DNA from: Gnetum montanum
Lineage: Eukaryota > Plantae > Gnetophyta
Length of the DNA: 64,000 nucleotides
Reading direction: 5' to 3'
Assembly (NCBI GenBank): GCA_015680685.1
Contig: MNCI01000001.1
Location: 316,524 to 380,523 of the forward strand
The notes below the pieces were generated by a model. It saw nothing but the letters and a program-made list of their open reading frames with translations, searched no databases and had not been told where the DNA came from. Below, in pieces: positions 52,514 through 64,000 of the stretch. The translations under genes and the position numbers were made by a program. Every line of letters begins with the position of its first letter. Positions within the stretch are counted from its first letter, which is position 1.

Positions 52514-53629
52514 TAACACTGGAGTAGATTCACTCCACAATTAAATCACCTTTAATGCACTAAATCCAAATATTATGCAAAGACAAATGTTTTTACTAGA
52601 AAACAAGAAAACTAGCTATCTTCAATTAATTTATTAGAATATTACAACAAGGTTCACAAAATCCACAAGCATCTAAAACCTATCATACTCAATAATATTA
52701 CAAAGCATGAGGCTCTACAATCACACAATGGTTGTTCTCAATACAAGAAACAACCAAAAGAAATCTCTTGCATAACTTGGGACTAAGACTCCAACTCAAA
52801 AGTGAGATACAAGAGAATAAAACACATAGAACAACATACTGCAAACTGATCTTGGAGCTACAATCACTAATTACCTCATCCAATGTGCTCATCCACTTTA
52901 TCTTACTTAGCTCTCTAATCTGAAGTTTTTTTTTCTCTGACTCCTTAGTCTTTAACAATGATAAATACATCAATATTTATGTCAAACTAGAAGATAAAAA
53001 TTCTAGAAACCTTTTCTTAACTCATTCTAATATTTTCTAGATGTTTTCCAAGTCTTCTCACCTTCTCCTCAGCTATACCCATATTTTTTTAATTTCATTC
53101 TAGCTATTTCCTGAATTAGTATGGACATTTTGAAAGTTTCTTCATCTATATAGATCATATCTTGATTTTGTAGAATGTCTCTTATGAAAAACCAACTCTT
53201 AGTTGGAACATCTACTATTTTTCTAGGATGTCTCATATAGTCTTGGAATGTTCCAAATTATGGTGGAACATCCCTCCCACAATTTCATCTGTACAATTGT
53301 GATGTCTTAACTAGGACATTCTAATTTTTGATGGGATGTTTCACCTACAAGGAAAAAACAAAAAAAAAAATATCTGTTTTGACATCTAAAATCTCTAGAT
53401 GCCTTCAAACAAGTTCCCATAGATCCTAGAATCCCCTAGACTTATCAAAATGAGTCCAAAACACCCTAAAACATTGCAAAACATCTAGGAATCTTCATTA
53501 ACAAAAATAAACATAAGAAGAAACACAAAAATAGGACACACTCATATAGGTCTTCTTCAAGCACAAAACCTACAAAAAAACTTGTAAGAAAAGCACAAGG
53601 GAATTGGTAGAGGTGTTTCTACACCATCA
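52514..53629 (-). repeat. 5' LTR of element D
   Basis: Starts TGATGGTG (minus) and ends next to the Met PBS; its 3' part is duplicated at 38527. Confidence 0.75.
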
Positions 53630-54198
53630 ACAAAGAATCTGAGAATGCATGGCCTATTTAAATTAAAATCATCATGATTTTAATGACTTTTGGATTTTTG
53701 CAAATCTTTCAAACTTAAGACTTTTGAGAGAGAGAAAGATTCAAGAATCTAGAGCCATTTTCAAGAGAAAATAATCCAAGGTACTAAGTTCTTATTATAA
53801 AACAAATGAACTAGGCATACTTGGGAGGACCACAGGACACACACTACCAATCCATAGGCCAAATTGTCATCATCATTTTCAAGAAGTTGTGAAACAATTG
53901 TAATTCCACATCTTGTAGTCATTGAACCTTGCATTTTTTATAGAATTAATACAAATTATTTACAATGTTTTGTATATTTTCTGAAACTATACTTTAGTGT
54001 TAGATCTGTTATTACACATTTTCTCATTTGTTTTCATGATTTCATCTTGGTAACAAACCCTCCAAGTCCTCAAGTAATTACCAAGACTATTTGAGATGCT
54101 CTAGATCCTTTTTTTGAGGCCCACAAATCTAGAGATAAACTATTATATGATAAAATTTTCAATTCTTTAGCACTAAAATTTTTAGGCATTATAGTTTT

Positions 54199-54214
54199 TG
54201 GCACTAGAAGGAGG
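54199..54214 (+). promoter_or_regulatory. Primer binding site of element C (Tat-type TGGCGCTAGAAGGAGG, deaminated)
   Basis: TGGCACTAGAAGGAGG a few nt after the LTR end; homologous decayed copy at 49415-49428 (-). Confidence 0.8.
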
Positions 54215-54769
54215 ATATTCGCCTAAATTCTTCATCAAAATACATTTGCAAATCCTTACCTATTTCTACCTTACCTACCAACATATCTAAAACATTGAAA
54301 ATTATTTTGATGTTTTTCAAAACCCTAACATGTGGAATCAAAACTAGTTTTTAGTGAAAACAAAATTTTCCATCACTATTTGTGCAGTGCACTATATAGC
54401 GTTGCTTCAAATACTTGACCCTAGAAATTCAAAAAAGTGATTTTTGGCCATTGTAGTACACAATGCTATCTTAGCCTTCTACATTGGTAACCAAAAAGAT
54501 TAATTTTAATTTCTATGATTGTAGTACATAGTGATGTTCCTACTCATACACTCACAGTACAAAGTTTTTCATATTTATAGTTGTAATGTATTTTACCTTG
54601 TCTATTCTATATACTTATAAGCTGCAAATTTTTCTATGTGATCTTCATATATGTTGAAACCTATTAATATTTCTCCTATCATTAGTTCAATACATTAGAA
54701 AATTTTTAAAAAAAAATTAAATTTTTTATTGCAATTACAGTTAATATGTTAGAGTTCTATATGTTATTA

Positions 54770-55080
54770 GTTTCACAAGTTGAAACTTGTTGGTAGTTTC
54801 ATAAGTTAAAACTCTTATACTTTGGTAGTTTACAAGTTGAAACTTTTATATCTTGTCTGTTTCACAAGTTGGAACTTTTACACATTGACACCTTTATGAG
54901 TTGGAGCTCTTATAAGTTAGCTTATATGTTGAAAATCTCACAAGCTAATATGTTCACATGTTAGCTTATACATTAAGAGCTCACAAGCTGAGATTTCCAC
55001 AAGCTAGCTTATACATTAACATTTTCACAACTTGGAACTCTCACACATTAGAGTTCATAAGTTAGGATTTTCATATATTG
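54770..55080 (+). repeat. ~30-bp tandem repeats in the element C 5' leader
   Basis: tcacaagtt(g/a)(g/a)aactc units. Confidence 0.75.
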
Positions 55081-55199
55081 GCCTTACATCTTTTATGCCT
55101 TTTTGCCACTCCACCATTTTACCATATAACTTCATACACATGGCATTAAACCAGGAAGCCATCCACATCTACAATCTTAAGGATCCATTTGTAGTTCAG

Positions 55200-58100
55200 C
55201 ATAGACACTTCCTTAGGCAAATGGAGCTAGAAGTAGCTTTCACGAATAGAAATGAAAAACATTACAAATTCATCTATACTAAAATTCAAGATGGCTTACT
55301 TATCCCTAATAAAGAGTAAAAATTAAAATCTCAACTTGAGATAATCCACAAAAATTGGGAGTATATTTCCTCTCCTTACGATCAAATCAAACTAACTAAG
55401 TTCCATACCTATATGTTGGTGTAATTAGTAGACTAGGATGACACAAGTGAGAAAGTCAATTCAAACCAAAGCCAAGGAGACCAAGATTATTTTAAGGCTA
55501 AGTATGAACCAAATACATTCCTAGGGGACCTTATTTAATGATCCAATCCAGAGGTAGCCACCTCCAACTTTGCACCCCACATATTAGTTATAAACCAAAA
55601 ATCTCTTGTCTCCTATACGAATCAAGTTTCTAAACCTACCTTCTTATTTACCTCCATGATTTCCTCAACACCTTTTGTAATGAAACACCAATCTCAACAA
55701 GCTTCTCACTCCACCTTATTATTCACATTAATGCCTTTTGAAACTTAACTTTGTTCAATATGATCATCACCAATGATATCTACCACACCACCTCCTTTCA
55801 TTATTCCAATGGACCCTTCTTTGGAACTCTAGGCTTCACAAGCTTTCTATACCATCTTTGTTCATTTCATCCCTCATATTTTAACTCCAACATCCTTCTC
55901 ACTATTTAACCCCCCTATGACGGTGGTGATGCAACCTCTCCCATATATATTTCTATGTTCATTATGTGGCCCTAAGCTATTCAAACTCCTCCTCAACCAT
56001 TAGTACAAACATCATAGCCTATAGGGATGCTTGAAGACTTGGATCAAGCCTTTAAAATGATCCAAGAAATCACTAAAGAGCTACAAAATCTTAAAGCTAG
56101 CATCATTCAAATGGTAAAAATTATGGATTTCTACTAGGATGATCACATAAGCCTTACCATTCCTCAAATAATCTTACCTATGGACATGCCTATCCCAAGC
56201 TTCACCAAATAAAATGATGAATGGGATCCTAATGCACACCTTGTTACCTTTTGATATAAGTGGATCTTGTTGCAAGTATGGCCTTTATACAATACCGTAT
56301 ATTTTCCCTATGTCCCTCAAGGGAAAGGCTTTAGATTGGTATCAAACCTTTCCTAGAGGTTTCATCTCTTCTCTTGAATACTTAATAAACTAATTTATCA
56401 ACCACTTTAAATAGAACTTGAAGCCTGATATAACATTGGACCAACTTAAAGTTCATTTATAGATGAAATCAACACTCAATGAGATCCCTAAGTCCATCCC
56501 TGAAACCCACATCATGGCTATCTTCAAGAAAGTAGTTAATGACTTCATTAAGTTAAAGTTTTACTATTTAGAGCCCTGATCACTAAGCTAAGTCTTTTTG
56601 AAAACTAAGAACATTGAGGAGGTGGCTGAGGCTATTAACGATCTCGCCTATGTGTCCTATAAAATCCAACACATAAGGAGGAATAGGAAGAGAGCTAAGC
56701 AAGAAAAAAAATCATGGCCATGGTAACAAAAGAGCTAAAATAAGCAAAAAGGTAAAGATCACCACCATGTAACACATCTTCTCACTCATCACAACTATCT
56801 ACTTCATATGCTTCCAACCAACTAAGATCAAATTTTGAGCAAAAAGATCAATCGATGTACATTGGATTTCCCATGAAGCCCTATGAGCATTTAGAACATT
56901 TGCATAAAGATAATTGTATACAACATAAGAAACTATATAAGAAAGCTTGTAAGAGGCACAATCATCTTTGTGACATAGCTAGAGACCCAGCGATAGCTAC
57001 CAAAGATGATCCAAAACTATCAAATTACTTTAAACTATATAAGTTTTATCATTATCATCAAATGGCTAGTCATGACACCAATTTCTACCTAGCATTGAAA
57101 GAAGACATCCAAAAGTGATTGACCATGAAGATTTGATGTTGAATAAGTCTAAATCTTCAAACACCAATAAAAATCTTACATCATAGCCTCATTCACAATA
57201 ATCAAATGGTCTAATCTTCCTAGAAAATCATTTTTTATCAAGGTACCACCTCAACCTTAGAACATAAAGCCTAAAATCCCCTTTATCATTAGGGTACCAC
57301 CACCTCTAGCCCCTAAGAAGCATTTTTTTATACATGTTCCACCTTCAGTGGTAACAACATCATAATCTAAACAACATGTTATCATCCCCTCTAAGTCTAG
57401 GAAATCATTTGTTGTCTAGGTTCCTTCACCTTCAACAAGAAAACCTGTAATAACATATGATTAAATCCTACTTATAGTGGCCAATAACTTAATGATCAAC
57501 AAGAAACCATTACTACAAAGATGATGAAAACAACTTGTCATTAAACCAACATCTAAGTTCACTAAAGATAGTGAAAAATAAAAGGTCTAGAAATAAGTTG
57601 ACCCATTTAGACCTACATCAAGATTAGCTCCATCCATGAACAAGGGACCCAAGGCACATACATTAAAACCTAAGATAAAAATCCTAGAAAGGATGGAGAA
57701 AATTAAAACCACCAAGGCTAAAAGATCACACATCAAGGAAACGAATTTCCTCATAATAATGGAATAAGCCAAATGTTCCCTTAAACAAAAGAACATAATA
57801 TTGAACCTATACAATCTAGTCATGACTTCTCTTGCTCATAGAGACACACTAGCTCAAATGTTGATCTTTATCCCTATGAGTGAAACTCCATCCACTTTGT
57901 CATTGAGCAAGCTTCACTTAGGGAAAACATCAACCTATTTTTAACTTTCATAATAGTGAGGTGAAGATTGACTCATGGAATGGATAAGTGCTATCTACTC
58001 CTCTCCTCATTACCATACATGTTGGTAGATATAAGGTTCATTATGTTCATGTGAATGATGGGGCAACAACCAATGTGATACCATTTACTATTGTTGAGAA

Positions 58101-58620
58101 ACTAAGGTTAACTAAAAACATCCAAGAAACCTCTACCTTTGCTCTCAATTCATTCAATGGACCATGAGTTATATTTTGAGGTTCAATCTCCTTGGATTTC
58201 ATAGCCAAAGAATATTTTCCCACATCCACCAACTTCCTAGTATTTGAAGAGACACCAAGTTTTAGCCAAATCATAGGAAGGCCATAGTTACAAAGATTTA
58301 GGCGGTTTCATCTCATATACTTTAGGAGATTCACTTAAAATATGAGAGTGGTGAAATTTTCATTCTTGGAGACAACACATTTCTACCATCTATCAATAAT
58401 GTCAATATTGAATGAGGTTCAAATGTGGAATTTCAAGAGAAAACTCCCAACATAAAAGTTGGGGCCATAAACAATAACAATAATAGAAATAATGATATTA
58501 AGATTTCTAATTCTATAGCCTTACATTACTAATGAGAAGATATGTTTCTTACCATATCAAGAAAGTAGAATGGTGGGCATAGAATGATACAAAAGAGGTT
58601 TCTTGATATATCAAGAATCA
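55200..58620 (+). pseudogene. gag and protease of element C
   Basis: IFPMSLKGKALDWYQTFPRG; FYHYHQMASHDTNFY; HVNDGATTNVIPF; IIGRP. Confidence 0.88.
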
Positions 58621-58760
58621 AGCAACAAATTCACTATTAATATCTTGTTCCTTCCTTTATTAATTAGTGTTTATCTAGTTTTTTGGCCTTATACTATGTT
58701 TTAATATTTTTTTATTCCTATATTTTCTTTCAAGTCTATCCCATACTTGTTAGACAAGTA

Positions 58761-58885
58761 TGGCCATGGCATCGTAGGGCCTAAAACTAGTGGTCCATCA
58801 AAGCCTAAAACTAGCAATACAATGGTCCACCAAGGCCTAAAACTAGCAATACCATGGCCTACCAAGGCCTAAAATTAGTAATATG
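58761..58885 (+). repeat. R-family ~31-bp array after the protease of element C
   Basis: ggcctaaaactagc, 4 units. Confidence 0.8.
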
Positions 58886-58889
58886 GGAT

Positions 58890-61550
58890 AATATTTAATT
58901 TTGTTACTCATATGTACATGTACAAAACATGTTGAGATTAAGAGATATTTAAGGTTTTTTACCAAAATCTCCACTTTCTTAGTTCCAATGTTGTCTTATG
59001 GGTAGTCTTTTATAGTTTGTGGGCCTTACAAGACTTGGTCCAAAACTCCAAAAACCTTACATGTTGACCAATATGATACTTAGGAGGCATAAAAGGGAGA
59101 AAAAACGTTAATATGTTGAGTTTTGGCTACAATTTTCCAGCTTTTACCTTCACAAGTTAGGCTTTCTTGTCCAATGTATAAACCAACATACAAAACCCAA
59201 GGCCTTCATCATATGTTGGTCACAAGATTCCCAACGTGTGGGCCAATGTGTGGAGGTTATAACAAATACTATACCATTTCAAAATCAACCACAAACCATC
59301 TATAGGACCTCCCAAACTCCAAAATTTTAGCAAGTTTCCTAGATGTCAAAAATTTTCTAAAGAAATCCCATACATTAAGGGTTCAGAGTCTGTACATTGG
59401 GGACCTTGGTCACACACATTAGGCCAATGTATAAGCCAATGTGTAAGATCTTAATAACATCTAGTCCTTTTTAAAATACATCATACTTTATCAAAAATGG
59501 TCCCAAAAGTTGTAGATCCTCCTCCAAGCCCTAAATGCTAACACAAAAGCCTGAAGATAGTAAAAACCTTGTCAAAAAAACATACAAAAAAGGGTCAAAT
59601 TTGATCCCACACATTAAGAATTAAGTTNTTGAAGATAGTAAAAACCTTGTCAAAAAAACATACAAAAAAGGGTCAAATTTGATCCCACACATTAAGAATT
59701 AAGTTCCACACTTTGGACCAATGTATAAGCCAACATTTGAAGCTTATAACAAGTTCTAACATGTCAAAATGTATCCAAACATTGCTTAGTGGTACCCACA
59801 TGACTTAGAAGGGAAGATTAACTAAGAAATTAATCCTTTTAAGGTAAAAAGATAGTCTTTTGATATCATACATTGGAGATGTAAGCCCCACACGTTGGAC
59901 CAATGTATAAGCCAACGTGTTAGCATCCAAAGGCCTTCAAATGGAGCAATACAACCTCAAAAACGTTTGATTTCTTTCATAAACCCTAGGTGTTAACATA
60001 AAGTACTGTAGACACCAAAAACTAAGTCAAAAACTTCAAAAATAGTCAAATTTGATCCATAGATTTGGAATTAAGTCCCACATGATGGAAAAATTTATAA
60101 ACCAATGTGTGGACCTAATCCAACCTCTATCTTGGTTAATACAACCTTAGAAACTATACATTACCCTCTAGAATCCTAGCTACTACCTTAGGAGAGCTCG
60201 TAAACTAAGTCAAAAAGCCTTGAAATTTGGCAGATTTAATCCCACATGTTTAGGATTAACTCCCACACATTTGGTGAACATGTAAGCCAATGCATGGGCC
60301 TAAAAAAACTCAAAAATGGATCAATATAGCCTCAAAAACTATAGATTATGCTTCAAGACTCCAACCACAAGCGTAGGAGCATGGAGAGCTCAAAAATTGA
60401 GTTAAGAAAAACTCAAAAAAATAGCCAAATATGATCCATACATTGGGAATTAAGTTCCGCACATTATTTCAACATATAATCCAATTTATTAACCTAATTG
60501 AACCTCTATCATAGTCATTTCCACTTCAAAAATTCTAGATTTCTATTCAATGTCCTAAACATTATCCTAGGAGTCTTCAAAAGTCAAAAACCTAGTCAAA
60601 AATCCTTGTAAATGATCAAGTTTCATACAACACGTTGGAAAGCCACCTTCCAATGTGTGGACCAGTGTGTGAACTTTTACAAACTTCTATCTTAGACAAA
60701 AAAACTTCAAAAATTATAGATCTTCATCCCAAATCCTAGCCACTCCTGCAAGAGCTTGTTGAAGTCAAAAATTAGGTAAAAGCTCTCACAAGCTAGCATC
60801 CAAGCTTCCAATTGTTGGAAAATCACCTACTAATATGTGGAGCCAAAACTACCTTAGATTTTCTCAATACCACTTACAACTTATACCAAAATGATCCCAT
60901 AGACTACAAAACCCTAGACACCGACCTAGGAGCATACAAAAGCTAGAAAAAAAACCTTGTTGAAACCATCCCTAGGATCCTTACAAGCTTGCATCTCAAC
61001 ATTCACATGTTGGAAAACCACTTGCTAACATGTGAGCCAATGTGTGGGGAAAAACAAGAGAAGTAACATAAAATACTAACATACCTATTCAAATCTCTTG
61101 GTATGTATCCCTCCACTTAGATCTTTCCTAGGAAGATCCACCATGACGTCCATTTTGCACTACATAGTTGTTAGCTTAAAGTTTCTCAAAATTGCTTACA
61201 CCTTGTACCAAGAAGCTTGAAAAATTTTATTTTTATCTCCTAGGCCTTGAACACTACTATAAGTACTTAGAAAGATCAAAAAGTTGATAAAAAACTTTCT
61301 AGAACTTGCATACAAGTCCCACACATTAGGGTACCAAGCTTCACACACTGTGGTATCGCATGGGCCAACATGTGGAATCCATATCACTAATGGATGAACC
61401 AAAATTGCCTAAATGATATTCTAGTGGATTTTATAAGTCAAAAACCTACATCAAACTACCCACATGTTGGGGAGGTAGACCCTACACATTGTGTACATGA
61501 CAAACAATGTTCACACATTGAAGGGACAAACTCTACATGTTGATGGGGTT
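58890..61550. repeat. Degenerate repeat block with CACAC(A/G)TTGG / CCAA(T/C)GTGTG motif pairs, units roughly 180-200 bp
   Basis: Recurrent cccacacattggaccaatgtataagccaatgtgt at ~59220, 59410, 59700, 59890, 60070, 60260, 60450. Confidence 0.75.
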
Positions 61551-61839
61551 AGGCTAGGTCAAATAAGGTTGAGCAAGGTTGAAAATAGTATTTTTTATTA
61601 TTTTATTTTTATGATTGAACTAAATAAAAATATAATGAAAATAAGTTGTAAACTATGAAAATAGATGAAAACTTCAAGAAAATAGGCTATAAACTATCAA
61701 AATTAGTAAAAAGCTGAGGAAAATAGGTTGTAAATTGTAAAATTAAATAAAAAAGCTCAAGAAAGTTATAAAAATTTTAAAAATAAGAAAAATATTGTAG
61801 TAGAAATAATTTAAAAAGCTAGAAAATTATGCTTCAACA

Positions 61840-62450
61840 TCTTGACATCATATGGTATCATTTGATATCATTTTGACATCATTTGGAATAGTTCAACAAC
61901 ATTTTGCATCATTTTAACAAATTTTGGCCCTATACAACCTTGTATTGACCTCATTCAACATCATTTGATGTCATTTCAAACATCATTTAGTATCATTTGA
62001 TATCATTTGTTATCATTTTGACATCATTCGGTGTCATTCAATCCCATTTTGCACCATTATGACATCATTTGACCCTTTTTGGTGTTATCTGACATTGTTT
62101 TACATCATTTTGGCATCATTTGGTATCATGTGACATCGTTTGGTGTTATTTTTCATTATGTTGACTTCATTTGGCCCTATTGAAGACCATTCAACATTGT
62201 TTTACAACATCTTGACATCATTTTCTTCATCATTATGATTTCATTTGATATTATTTGACAACATTTTACAACATTTTAACATCATTTAGTATCATTTTTG
62301 ACATCATTTGGCCTTCCTTTTCCATCTTTAATAACATTTGCCATCATTTGACCATGTTTGGCCTCATTTTACCATTATTTGGTGTTATTTTGCATGATTT
62401 TAACCCTCATTTGGCCTTTACTCCACATCATTTGGCATCATTTGGCTCTA
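61840..62450 (+). repeat. Degenerate ~11-bp (CATCATTT) repeat
   Basis: gacatcattt / tatcatttg iterated; a short homologous tract lies in element B (~43960-44050, -). Confidence 0.75.
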
Positions 62451-64000
62451 GTTCCATCTTGTTCCATATTTATTTACCTTTTATGGCCTTTCTTTACCAT
62501 GCTATGATCTTATCATGCCATGTTGAGCCTTATTCTACTATGTTTGCGCTTACTTTGCATTATTTTGCTCTGTTATTACAACTTTTTGGAATTATCTTAG
62601 CAGTTTTTAATAATTTTATCATGTAGATGTCACTTGATATGCTTATGTTGACATGCAATATTGAGCTACGAACATGATGAAGCAATTTAATTAGGCTTAG
62701 AGCTTAAATGGATCTTTCTTCTGATGTTGTTTGATTAAATGATCTTGAATACTTAAGCCTTAAACATGTAAACCATTGATCATGTAGCCTTAACACCCTA
62801 GAATGTCTTAACTATCCTTAACATTGAAAATCAAAAATGTCTCGAAGGATTCCTTGGTCAAATTCCCCATTTCAAACCATGATGGTAAGTAAAAAATGCA
62901 TGAAACCACATTCCTTGCCAGAACTTAAGTTTGCTCAAGACATCATCAAATCCCTACAAGTCAACATTGAAGCCTTTGGATGATCTTAATTACATCTAAT
63001 GTTAACAGATTTGCTATTAGTCTTCATTGTCTTTGTTTGTAGATTGGAACAAGCACCGGATGTTGATTGACCTCATGACCTATAACAAGCAAGCCTACAT
63101 GATCTCTTATTTCTTTTTGGCATTTCAAAGCACTGCAAACTTTGTATGGATCTATTAAACAAAATATATATTTCTCATGTTCTACCAATTATAACCTATA
63201 ATGTCATGTATCTATTGGTTGTCACATATATCCTTATGCAAATCTCTTATAATTACATGTATTTTTTTCTTTTTTTTTCTTTTGACTTTTCTTCTTGTCC
63301 TCTTGGAGTTGTGCTTGTAGAATGAAGCTAGGATCCATTGCAGAGGTGTGACTCATCACAGTAGTGAGTCACCACGTGATCTCAATACACAAGATTCAAT
63401 TAGCTTATCTAATTGTGATAATAGTGCTTACATCACATCACTTTTGTACCATATCCCTGTACCCAAACTACAACCTTCCTTATCTTGATAATGATGAAGA
63501 CCTATGTTTCACATCCATGCACCATGGCCATGTGACATCTCCTTCAACATTTTCTACCATAAATTTCATTTAATGTAACATTATCTTATTCATTGAGAAA
63601 GCAAAAGAAAATTCAGCCTTAGCAATGAAACCCAATGAAGGTTTCACCCCTCAAAAAATGGGGAAGCAAATTACAAAGAAAGCCAAGAGGCCAATGTAGC
63701 CTTCAACTAATCAAGTCAATAGCTCTAAAACAAAAGAACCAAGTGGCCAACGAAGCCCACAGATGGAGTGCTAGTTCCTCTAACACACTATCGAGTAATC
63801 AACAATTCAAGAATGAAGCATGAAAAGCTCCTCAATCAACAAAAATATTATTGCCATACCATTGCCATCATGTCAACATTTGGAATTCTTTGTTAGCCCA
63901 TGTAATCATTTGAATAGCCAAAGTGATCATCCCAATAGCTGAATATAACCTTTATCTCATCTTACACTTAAAACATTACATTTTGACCTCATTTCACCAT

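Larger units (their letters stand above)
38519..53629 (-). mobile_element. CRM-like Ty3/gypsy element D, non-autonomous (gag - PR - acidic region - IN tail), interrupted by element B
   Basis: 5'LTR 52514-53629, tRNA-Met PBS TGGTATTAGAGC 52512-52501, gag 51867..52187. Protease ILIDEG|AQEN..CDVLPIDCANVILTRP. IN tail FLYDKTFHVAIGKNPF and GELVWVHLKK..RPFKIKAKINNNSFEIDLP. 38527-38718 duplicates 52519-52710 (truncated 3'LTR). Confidence 0.85.
37923..64000 (+). mobile_element. Tat-family gag-PR-only LTR element C; 5'LTR split by element D; 3' end beyond window
   Basis: LTR start TAAACCACC..GGAAATTCATGT at 37923 matches the element B LTR start. LTR resumes ~53630 and ends AGGCATTATA at 54193; PBS TGGCACTAGAAGGAGG follows. 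gag 56190-57120, PR 57900-58380. 3' region 62750-64000 is homologous to 42400-43700 of B. No pol seen. Confidence 0.8.

Noticed and set aside
59552-59705. Perfect 76-bp direct duplication
   Set aside because: The copies flank an N at 59628 and are identical in otherwise diverged DNA, so this is a contig-overlap or scaffolding artefact.
62255-62626. Hydrophobic 123-aa ORF, env-like candidate
   Set aside because: Arises from the T-rich CATCATTT repeat; no evidence of coding conservation in element B.
42300-64000. Large inverted repeat between 42-48 kb and 55-64 kb suggesting a foldback or TIR element
   Set aside because: Explained by two diverged copies (B and C) of one LTR family in opposite orientation, each with its own LTR and PBS.

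Overview
Gene-free, AT-rich plant heterochromatin built almost entirely from nested, decayed retroelements, with a strong CG and CHG (CAG/CTG to TAG/CTA) deamination signature. Contents in order: (A) a Tat/Ogre-type Ty3/gypsy element (<1-15030, +) with the layout gag/PR - 6.6 kb spacer - RT-RH-aRH-IN - PPT - 3'LTR. Its PR-RT spacer holds a multi-exon ANTISENSE gene: at least 6 frame-preserving spliceosomal introns, its own TATA and 5'UTR donor, about 850-900 aa, with a PMD/Transposase_32-like segment. This is the most unusual feature. (B) Older LTR and CRM-like relics (15-25 kb). (C) A young, GC-rich, near full-length L1-type LINE with a 16-bp TSD (25259-30460, -). (D) Two old LINE relics (31.9-37.9 kb). 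(E) A four-layer nest: a LINE holds a pol-less Tat-family element (37923->64000, +), whose 5'LTR holds a pol-less CRM-like element (38519-53629, -), whose protease holds a second pol-less Tat-family element (40684-51073, -). The three Tat-family copies share 30-31 bp repeat arrays at module borders, conserved splice signals and family-specific CG-derived motif arrays. All calls come from reading and hand-translating the sequence; no database searches were run.
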